Shown here piece by piece: positions 48,801 through 57,700 of a stretch of 64,000 nt of DNA. The translations under genes were made by a program, and so were the position numbers. Every line of letters starts with the position of its first letter. Position 1 is the first letter of the stretch. Origin of the DNA: Ruditapes philippinarum (Eukaryota); contig NW_026854747.1 of NCBI RefSeq assembly GCF_026571515.1, forward strand, positions 124,001-188,000. Direction: 5' to 3'. The notes under the pieces were generated by a model. That model saw only the letters and a list, made by a program, of their open reading frames with translations, searched no databases and had not been told where the DNA came from.

Positions 48801-51702
48801 CTACTTCGAAATACTTCTACAGGTAAAATTTACTTCAAAATACTTCTACAGGTAATATTTACTTCAAAATACTTCTACAGGTAACATTTACTTCAAAATA
48901 CTTCTACAGGTAATATTTACTTCAAAATACTTCTACAGGTAATATTTACTTCAAAATACTTCTACAGGTAATATTTACTTCAAAATACTTCTACAGGTAA
49001 TATTTACTTCAAAATACTTCTACAGGTAACATTTACTTCAAAATACTTCTACAGGTAATATTTACTTCAAAATACTTCTACAGGTAATATTTTGCTTTGA
49101 TACTTCAAGACTTGACAGTTGGGAATTACTTATAGGGACTACATCGTATCTGTCAATATCATAGAATTTCTTAACGGTATATTCTTCTTGATGAATTTGT
49201 TATATTTTTGGTTTTAACTTTTAAGTAAACTGTTTTTTGTTGAATTTGTATGGATTATATTCAGTGGGACAAATACGCTAAATGTAAAAGATAAAGGCCC
49301 ATAATGCCCCACAATTTTTTTTTTTATTTTTCAAAGCTTTTTATTTTTGATGTCTGATTTTATTTTCCATGACCCTTGGTTTTCTTCCGTTGCTTTTTGT
49401 AAATAAGTACAGTTATAGTGATTCAGTATTTTGTATGGAAGTCAAAACACTACGTTGTTTACATATTGCTACTTCTGTGACCAATAATTTCACATTCAGC
49501 ACTACTTTCTTCAGGTGATATCCATCTAACATGCTCTTAAACCATTACCTAAATGTTATGACACATATTTTCTCTTTTTACAGAAGGAAATATTTATTTA
49601 TTTCTGGAGCATAGTGTGCCTTAAAGGTAGAACGCGACACTTTGCGAACTTTCAAGTAGCGTCTTGAAAATTGGCATGCAGAAAGTTGACCATATATCTG
49701 ATTAGATTCCGTTGATTTTTTTCCGATAGTTTTACCCAATTTATGTACATACGATGTCAAAGTGGACCATCAAAGCCGGTTTTTAAACATGACATCATTG
49801 CGTATCCTTGGCAACTGTTAGGGTATCACAACGCCATAGGCAGAAAAAAATATCTTAAATTCTACAGCATTCGACGGAAATTATTTTTACCTTTAAGCTG
49901 ATATAAAATTTATCGTTTTACGCGGAAAATTGTTTGAAAAATGGAAAGAAAACTGTCAATTTTGTTTAAAATTAGACGTTCAGTTTAGCCGCTTTTTTCG
50001 GCTTTTAAGCGGCTTTATAAAAAAATTCCTGAAATAAATTTTTGATTTTTTTCTTTAAACGTCCTTTAAAATGTATACTCAGTCTTAATGACTAAAAATA
50101 ATAGGGGGTTACCGACATAGTGACTGAGGCATAGTGTGCCTTTAAAGGTACTTGCAAATGATTTGTTATATTAATATTTCAGACAACTCCAGCCCATATG
50201 TTAGGACAGTTAGACAAAGTTCTGAGAGAAGCCTCTACACTAGATGGTGTTTTAGAATTCAGAGAAGAACATTTCTGGACTCTCTCATTTGGATCCCTGG
50301 TAAATTGATAGTTTTATTTTCAAATGAATTTGGAACACAAAGATTCTTTATGTCAAATATTTATATGTCCCTTTTTATCTGCAAGTGGGATATTTTGCCC
50401 TTAATTCAAGGTTTTCAGAGATGAGTAACTCATTGGAATAAAGTAGGTTATAATTTCTTGAATTATGCCCCTTACATGCACTCCAGTTAAAAAGAATATC
50501 ACTTAGATGTTATTTGTTTCATATTTATATATTGATTCTTTTAAAAAAAAGACATCAGTTGACCAATTAGTAATTATAGCATAGATGTAAAGGCAAGATA
50601 ATTGATATATGTGTAATGCAGAGTTTTACATTAATTAAAGGAAGTTAATCTATCAGTTCTTGACGGTTTATAAAGCTGTACAGTCAGTGATACTATGTTA
50701 TAATTTGTTAAATTAATATAGTATATTTATTCAAGCTCAAATGCAAATAAAAAATGATCTAGCAAGTTATAAATATCAATAATACTTGAGTCTGTTTTCT
50801 GGAGGTTAACACATTACCAGATCTGGTGTTACATGATAAAATATATTTCCATGTCCTAAGTAGGGCTTGGTTTTGTAGAGGCAGACCTCTTAACCATCAA
50901 GCTATCTCTGCCCTAGGTTGGATGACAGATTAACATAAATGGCTGATTCTACATAATCTGCTTTGAAGAAATAAAACTTTGAAGCACCTTGTTTTAATTA
51001 CATGATATTAATTATTTAATAAATGTGAGTCAATGTATTTTTGACTTTCATCAAAGTCTGTCCCAGCAATGCTTGAAATTTGTTTAATTACAATTTTCTC
51101 TAATGCTAAAAACAAGAAATAGATATTGGCATTTGCCAAACCTTTCTTCTATATTTATCAAACATTGTCTGTGATGTCCTTTGTTAGTTGTTTCCCAATG
51201 ATAAATAAATGTGTTTAAATTTGTACTCTGATGAGCATCAATACAGAACCATTATTGCTGTCTTGCAACAAACTAACATGAATATATATCTGAATTTCAG
51301 GCTGGTTCAGTACAAGTTAGAGTAAGACGAGATGCCAATGAACAGCTTGTTTTATCTCACGTTTATAACAGGTTGTCTAATCTAGTATCTAACCTTACTA
51401 TTCAAGTGTTTAAAGATGATTGGACAAGAGCTTCTACCTATAGTTTTATGGGTAGCGGGGCTAACCCCGCCTTCCAGTCATCGTACCATTATTCAGGGCC
51501 CCCGTTACTGCCGGCCAGGGGACCTTCACCTACACAGGACACTCCATTTACATCATCATTAATGAACCAGAACAAACAAACATTGATGACTCAGCAATAT
51601 GGAGGGTATGGGTCATCTCAAGGTCATTCACATGAAGGTCATGGTCATGGACATTCACATGAAGGTCATGGTCACTCACATGGCCACAAGTCTAATTGGT
51701 GA
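33825..51702 (+). CDS. SLC30A6: Zinc transporter 6 (ZnT6, CDF/SLC30 family), 13 coding exons, 462 aa
   Basis: The spliced frame (1389 nt including stop) contains ALTAYTYLTLFDIFSL, KPSPAYSFGYERFEVLATFASTMLAQLGALFIIKES, QPEIHTGRLLVG, SSWLQEH, GKILLQTTP, STLDGVLE, EHFWTLSFGSLAGSV, RRDANEQ and QVFKDDW, all recognisable ZnT6 motifs. The first two exons are assigned by phase compatibility only. Confidence 0.93.
34640..35003 (+). promoter_or_regulatory. Putative internal housekeeping-type promoter / alternative first exon
   Basis: NRF1-like TGCGCATGCG (34659), ETS-like CCGGAAG (34858), YY1-like CAAAATGGAGGCG (34957), donor-like TAG|GTATAC at 35003. Confidence 0.4.
35198..35851 (+). mobile_element. 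Short HINE-like element (same family as 44862) carrying a nested insertion
   Basis: 5' TTTTTAGCTCAACT..TAGCTATCCTA; 3' GTCGAGCATGCTGTCCTACTGACAGCTCTTGTT. Confidence 0.75.
35315..35784. mobile_element. Non-autonomous TIR element with 5-bp TSD
   Basis: TIR CAGT(T/G)TTTTTTTTCAC / GTGAAAAAAAACACTG; TCAAG duplicated at 35310-35314 and 35785-35789. Confidence 0.75.
36420..36460 (+). CDS. SLC30A6: ZnT6 putative exon 2
   Basis: tttcag|(G)YVSKDGTKQTSTS|gtgagt, phase-compatible on both sides. Confidence 0.7.
37467..37553 (+). CDS. SLC30A6: ZnT6 exon 3
   Basis: DTIYPFVSPQKSFIRSFTAAFHSILRLKE. Confidence 0.85.
37960..38044 (+). CDS. SLC30A6: ZnT6 exon 4 (TM1)
   Basis: TKKILVFLALNVVGTATLLIWCHDTNSM. Confidence 0.92.
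38520..39506 (+). mobile_element. 5'-truncated LINE (L2/CR1 group): ORF2 C-terminus, 3' UTR and (TTAC)n tail
   Basis: KFQKRAARILL...ELNWMSFDQRI...HNLNLRS...FRKSFAYSGPKIWNNIP is typical of L2/CR1-group RT C-termini; AATAAA then (TTAC)n at ~39481-39504. Confidence 0.88.
39837..39879 (+). CDS. SLC30A6: ZnT6 exon 5 (TM2)
   Basis: ALTAYTYLTLFDIFS. Confidence 0.93.
40943..41008 (+). CDS. SLC30A6: ZnT6 exon 6
   Basis: LLTCLLSIWIRLQKPSPAYSFG. Confidence 0.93.
41434..41514 (+). CDS. SLC30A6: ZnT6 exon 7 (TM3)
   Basis: YERFEVLATFASTMLAQLGALFIIKES. Confidence 0.95.
41668..42612 (+). mobile_element. Degenerate HINE-like element with nested insertion
   Basis: 5' TTTCATGCCCC..GGGGCAT IR; repeated GTTGGTCAGCATG...GTGCAC cores on both sides of the insertion. 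Confidence 0.6.
41872..42281 (+). mobile_element. Crypton-like non-autonomous element
   Basis: ~70-bp-arm palindrome centred on GAGGCTTGCCGAG; internal TTCTTGCATA inverted against terminal TATGCAAGAA. Superfamily assignment is tentative. Confidence 0.6.
42692..42727 (+). CDS. SLC30A6: ZnT6 exon 8
   Basis: IERLIQQPEIHT. Confidence 0.92.
42829..44670 (+). mobile_element. HINE/pearl-like element with ~10.5 core repeats (146/157-bp)
   Basis: Sub-terminal IR TATACCCCC..GGGGGTATA, (GGTC)n microsatellite, tandem cores, 3' GGGGGTATT + ATCAC..GTGAT hairpin + AGTTCTAGTT. Confidence 0.9.
44862..45832 (+). mobile_element. HINE-like element with ~175-bp cores, nested in a Kolobok-like MITE
   Basis: 5' TTTTTAGCTCGAC, (GGCGTC)3, cores CTTGGTTAAGTTTTT at 44932/45107, 3' GTCGAGCGCGCTGTCTTACGGACAGCTCTTGTT. 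Confidence 0.85.
46171..46310. mobile_element. Palindromic MITE family A, copy 3 (internally deleted)
   Basis: Both termini TGAGCCG / CGGCTCA retained. Confidence 0.9.
46342..46485 (+). CDS. SLC30A6: ZnT6 exon 9 (TM4 and Ser-rich loop)
   Basis: GRLLVGVMFAFILHMFLVYSVDNKALNHVMRASSSSWLQEHTTDISES. Confidence 0.94.
47212..47448. mobile_element. Palindromic MITE family A, copy 4 (full length)
   Basis: Same arms and spacer as the 19876 copy. Confidence 0.92.
47463..47582 (+). CDS. SLC30A6: ZnT6 exon 10 (TM5)
   Basis: LCYLIPGLSKLLLPRINPLALIAFAGGFMLTITHVLIDTK. Confidence 0.94.
48517..48619 (+). CDS. SLC30A6: ZnT6 exon 11 (TM6)
   Basis: SYFSSDTLAAMMIAVMTCGTMFPMAVYTGKILLQ. Confidence 0.94.
48604..49093 (+). 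repeat. 29-bp tandem array (17 units) of the ZnT6 exon 11 donor junction
   Basis: CAAAATACTTCTACAG|GTAATATTTACTT; CAGGTAA recurs every 29 nt from 48617 to 49081. Confidence 0.96.
49295..50141. mobile_element. Kolobok-like MITE (reverse of the 2901 family) plus adjoining second element
   Basis: Ends AGGCCCATAATGCCCCA and GCATAGTGTGCCT, the latter present twice (~49608 and ~50129), each followed by TAAAGGTA. Confidence 0.55.
50183..50299 (+). CDS. SLC30A6: ZnT6 exon 12
   Basis: TTPAHMLGQLDKVLREASTLDGVLEFREEHFWTLSFGSL. Confidence 0.95.
51301..51702 (+). CDS. SLC30A6: ZnT6 terminal exon with His-rich tail
   Basis: AGSVQVRVRRDANEQLVLSHVYNRLSNLVSNLTIQVFKDDW...GHSHEGHGHGHSHEGHGHSHGHKSNW*. Confidence 0.94.
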   Translation, partial: AGSVQVRVRRDANEQLVLSHVYNRLSNLVSNLTIQVFKDDWTRASTYSFMGSGANPAFQSSYHYSGPPLLPARGPSPTQDTPFTSSLMNQNKQTLMTQQYGGYGSSQGHSHEGHGHGHSHEGHGHSHGHKSNW

Positions 51703-54700
51703 TCTATAGAGTTTTACATGTTAAGTAGGAAAGAAAACAGTTTTGTTCAAATTAAAAGATTATTAATTTGTTGTGCAATAAGTACATTAAAAACATTTTG
51801 AATAACAAATTCAAATTAAGGAAATTATGTTAAGAAAGCACCCTCAGCAAGGTAATTTTTATTGCAAATAAAGTTATTTCTGGTTATGATAATTGGGTCT
51901 ACAAAGAATGGCATTATTTAAAGATTTTAGGGTTTTATGTTTTTTTACTTGTAAATCAATATATTTTTTCATTTGTGGTGTACCATGAATCTCAAAATAA
52001 CATTTTAGAAATTTTAAGGCTGTGTCTTATTCCTTCTAACTATTTAAAAAAAAGATTTTGTTTCACAAGAAGAAATAAATATTATAATTATTAATATTTT
52101 AGAATGTTTGAATGAATAAATAAATTCTGTGATACATAAGGCGAAAAGAGACTTTAGGAACAACATGTATGTATGTTTGAGTATTATTTATGTGAATGTG
52201 TATTTGTGAACATGTATATATGTACATGTATAAATGTAAACATGTTTTGTGATGAGTGAAGAGGTGCAAGTTTTGTTCTCATTAGTAACTTCTGGTGAAG
52301 TAGAGATATTCAACTGATGTAATTTGAGTGTGAGTCAAATCAACTATGACACATCTTAAACCTTAAAATATGTCAAAAAAGTCATATAAAATAGTCATAA
52401 CTCCTGTGTAAGGTGTCGGAGGTCGTCCAGCAGTTTTGAACATTTTGTTAATGCATTAAAGTTTATTAACTTTATATGAACTATATAAATTGTAAGTTTG
52501 AAACTGCAATACAAATTATAAGGATAATTTGTTCCCGATCCTGCTTTTGTTTTGATAATGCAGAACCATAGTCTGATGTCTGAACAGAATTGACACGAAG
52601 ATAGATTGTTACCTACATGTATTATGTTTGCTTTATTTACATGCGATGGTTGTGTAATGTGAAATTGTCAACAAAAAAAGAATGAAAGAAATTTATTGAT
52701 AACAAAATTGAAACTGGTTTTTTGTAAATTTTTATCTGATCACATGCACATGGTTTATGAAAAATAAAAGTCTTTATTATTATTTTCGTTCTTTATGTGT
52801 TTTTGTATTATTATTAAGAAAACTACCATTTGTCATCCTGTTTTAAGAGCATATTTTATACGTCATTAAAGATACAGTTTCCCTGTGGAAGTTTCTCATT
52901 ATTAACTTATAAACATGTAAAGTAAACTAACCTAAATGCAAAATAAGCTTAATTTAATATCCAGTAACATGTTCTTGTACATAGTAAAGTCAAGTCACCT
53001 ATATAATATAGGATGTTACTAAGAGTGATTACTGGAATCACGACCATATTTCCGCTATACTGGAAAGATGACCATATTTCCTCTTATAACACCATGGTAC
53101 TGCAGCTGATCTGACAGTCGTCTATATAGACATTAGAATTAATCTCGGTCATTTAAAGTAATATATACAAGCAGCTAGCATTCATTATAATAGATGTATC
53201 ACAATACTCTTGTAAATGGACATGTCCAACCAAAGACGTTTTCGCTACTTAAATGAATAGTTGTTATTGGAGAACCATATTATCTGTAAGTTTATATCAT
53301 CTTGGAATCTTGTGTTAAGAAAGAATAAGTTTTATCAAGCATGACCAGAAGTGTATACATGTAATTGGATTCTTCAAAAACGACATTAACTTGATATATG
53401 TAAAGTCAAACTAAAAACATGGACCTACAGAATAAAAAGTTCATTTTATCATCTTGTATTGTTATAGTACATGTCAACAGATTTATTATATACAGATGTT
53501 TGCACAGCAGTTATTGTATCACGAAATGTGGACGATTGTTGGACTTTTGTAACCAAACGGTGTTGTCCTCCTGTGAAACAAAGCGGTTGTTAAAATAATT
53601 GCGGCAGTTCACAGTTCTTTCAGACAGGAATATAATTTCACAGCCAACAGAACGCATGTGAAGACCTTGGATCATCCTACAATTAAGTCAACCCTGCAAT
53701 CTCTACTAAATTCATCAATACAGTTAACAGTATCACACTGTTTCTTCCCCAATACATTAATTCATTGCGCAAAACTCATTTGGATGTGCTATTGAGTGCA
53801 TCAGAAAAAAATCGATTTGTTGCGAATGCGGCGTTGTCAAACGACCATATATCATGAAAATCGGTGACCCTGCGTTCTAACACGCAATGCATAACAGTTC
53901 AAACTGGACAGAAATCAATAAGAAGATTACAAAATGCATGAATCACCACTGTGAGAGATGTTACAGAGACCGATTGTCAGGTTTGGTGGTATGGCATACA
54001 ATGCACGTCCAAATATGTTTAGTGCAGATTTAGGTGATAATGGTCCGTTAGGGGATTCTCTGGTAGAAACGCCTTACTATTTCTTCATTAGAACTTCTCT
54101 GATCTGTCCATTGGTGCTGTATAAATGACTCCCTTTTCTATCCCTTTTAAGATACATTTGAACAGTCAAGAAATTTTGAATCTGTACAAATGAAAGCAAT
54201 CATAGAAATTCTACGTTTAATTATGTCTCACTGGTAAAATATGTCGAATAATGTCACCTGGGACACTAACAATAACAAAAATTAAGTAATCATGATGTCA
54301 CGTTTTACAAAACGAGTGGTTTCATTTATCAATTTCACAAAAAATAATGTATACTTGATTGTACAATATATACATTTGAATGAAATATACGAGATGTAAC
54401 TTGCGTTTTTAAAGTTTAAAAAAAAACATATATGAAGCTAAATCAAAGATTGAGGCCTTGGGGTTTTTCAATCATTACACTTAAAAACGACCTCGACCTT
54501 CTGTTGCAAGCTAGATAACTATCCCTCTTGGAGTTATTCAACTACCCATGCTGGATTTCGAACCCTTAGTTGAGAAGTGTAATTGGATAGTTAACAAGTA
54601 AATGTTCCCATAATCATAATGAACATGTTAAACAGAATGTGGTTGCTATGGTAATCAAATCAGTGTTCGGTATTCCTCGAAATATTCAAACCTACAGCAA

Positions 54701-57700
54701 ACTTTAAGATAACGATAAATGGCCATAAAACATACAACAACATATTGAATGCTTGATACCTAGACGACATCTTACCGCAAGTCATTATAGGGTCTTAATG
54801 AACAAAGATTGTAATGTATGATAATTATAAGCATGGCAACTGTAAAAACACTTTATTCGCTTGATAGCAGTGTTCAATGATAAATGCTGTTCTACAGTTT
54901 TTTAATGATAAGAACATATGTCATCAAAATTTGTGGTCAGTGTAATTAATTCCTTAGTTAGCTAGTTGACCATTTCATTATTTCTTTTAATATATCTGTT
55001 CAAAATCTAATCAAACAACACGCTGTTGCAGAGCGTCAAATTGCACATTAATTAGATAAAATCATGTTTTACACGTTGACAGTACTGTTTAGCGTAAAAA
55101 TATATGTTTCTTAAGATAAATATAAGCGTTTTCTGTTCACCATTAAGTACAGTCAGTACAAAGCTATATAGTTGCGATTATTCTACCAGTACTATATCAG
55201 GTCACGCCAGACTAACGTTTAAAGTCTGCCAAATATATGTACTGTTCCTGCACCATATCATATTTTATATATTTATCCTAGGTTAAAGTAATCGAAGTTT
55301 TACTGTATTGAAAATCATTGAATATGATACGCACGATTTTCTCGTGCGTCAGTAATATATAATAAAGTCGGTTAGACGTGTATATCATTCGAGGTTTTCT
55401 GCATTGCTACACACGTTTATTGTACTATATCATACACTGAATCCCTCCCACCCTCCCGAAAAGTACACACACTTACACCTACAAAGTAGAATTAATCTGC
55501 AAAGTAACGATGATTTTCCTTGGTTCTACATATAATGGCCATTATTATTCTTGCTGGAAACGTTAACAAAAAACGACAAGAATATTCATATAGTCGGATA
55601 GTTATGGTATTTGAAAAATATATTATAAAGGTGCATTTTAGATTAATTTACGCAAGCCGTTGCGTTTTGGTTACGATTTTAATTTAACTGAAATATTGTA
55701 TATTTTACAGATTTTGCTCCAAGAATAAGATGTACTACTTTCTGGGATGTCCATTATATTGGAGAACGATTCTTTAGTGAAATGCTGACCCTTGAACTTT
55801 TCTGATTTCAAATTTAATTGCTTCAATTTTTATATTCTTTGTATTTGAAGATATTTTTTTGTAAAATGTTCTGAACTTATTCATGGAAGGCGTGCAGTTA
55901 TTGAGCGTACATATTCGGCCTTTAATTACATTTTATGTAGTAAGTGGATTATTTTTATGGGGTTTCTCATTAAATTATGTCAGAACACTTACGGAAGGTG
56001 GCTGGTCTTGAGTTTTGGTTTCCTACTACGCCCCCTCCCACGATGGAGTAGGGTTTGCGCAGCCGACTCGCCAGCATACTGACAGGGAAAGTATGTTCAT
56101 AACTGTGTGTTTTCCATGTTGATGTACGCCAATTAAGAAATGAGTTTATTGTCAAAAAAGACATTTTACATTATATACCGATTTAACGTTGAGATGTTAT
56201 TTTCATGTGTATTACGATTTTGGTGTTGTTTCTAAGAATATGTGTTAACACTCGATAAACGCAATGCAGATAACAAATCCTAAATGTGAATCTTAGTGTA
56301 ATTTGTTTTCTTTAATTCTTTTCGATTCCTTTACATTATGATAAAAGCTATTTCAATATCTACCAATATAATCGCAGCGAAACGTAGAAGACATGTAGAA
56401 CAAATAACTTATAAAAATATAACTATAATCAAATTTACGACACATACATGTACATTTTGTACATACACAAAAATATCGGAGAGCAAGTCTCTTTGTTTAA
56501 ACGCCATATTATTCATAATTTTGGTTTTTAAAACAAAGATATTGCAAATTATTACTATCTGGTATCCATCTAAATGAAAATTCATAACACCTAAGTGTTA
56601 TAAAAAGAAATAATTTGGCCAAAACCAGCGGTAAAACCGCAATTGTTACAACAATTTTATCGGTATCAGTGTTTAAAATTAATAAGTCTTTTTTCATCTG
56701 AACCATATTTCATTTAAAAGTACATTTTAGATTTGAATTTAGATTTCAGGAATGATTTACATAAAATACAAAACATCTGCAAAACATAAAAAAAAGAAAT
56801 AATCTTTACATCTGAAATAGATTTCTAAACCACAAATTTCGTAACACGGGTGTTTTATTGTTATGTCTTGGTGTGTGCTTTATTACCAAGTCAATAAAGA
56901 TTGGTACTATTTTCTAACCGCACGCTTTTAAATACATGGGTTATAATAATATTTTTCTGTTTGTGGTTAGTGGAATACTTCACAAAGTAATTTTGCCTCC
57001 ATATTTTAGCCTAGACTGGTACGCCATGTTACTGACATTAATGTTTTTATTAACTTTTAATTTCATTTTTCCTCCTTTTTATAGCTAATACCTTTTTATG
57101 ATAAATATCCTAATTTATCTTCATTGAATACATTATATTTGCATATTTCATCTTAAATACTATAATGTTCAAAGAAAATCAGGAAAGGAAAGTTACAGTA
57201 CAGTACATTTTTTTAGAAATATGTTTATTCATTAATATTTCTTTGTTTTAAACCAGAATTCTTCATGAGCTAACGAAGCGGGCCCGTTGTCTGGTTATTT
57301 TACAAAGGAAAGTCGTCACTAAGTTTTGTGGTAAACATTATTGTTATATTATTTTTACAATGTCGTAGATATTGATATACTGTGTTATAATTTTTAAAAT
57401 TATTATCAATAAAGTATAAACGATTAGTTACGCAGATCGTACTGAAATTCAGTTGACCTTAGTACTAGTATTGCAAATCTTTCACTAAGCTGCAAATATT
57501 AGAATTAAAAACTGAAATCTAAAATTAAAATACCCGTTCTTTTTCACATTACAATACAATTGGAATTAAGCTGTCAATATTTTGTGTTTTTTATCATTTT
57601 ATGAGCGATGTTTGGATGCAGGATAAGCGAACATCAAAGAGATCAGGGAATAATTAATCGCTAACAAATTGGTAGCAGCCAGGGTGTTCTAGCACCGGCT

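Noticed and set aside
48604-49093. CRISPR array, or a shared origin with the other 29-bp array
   Set aside because: No spacers; the unit derives from the exon junction and is unrelated in sequence to the 24.6-kb array
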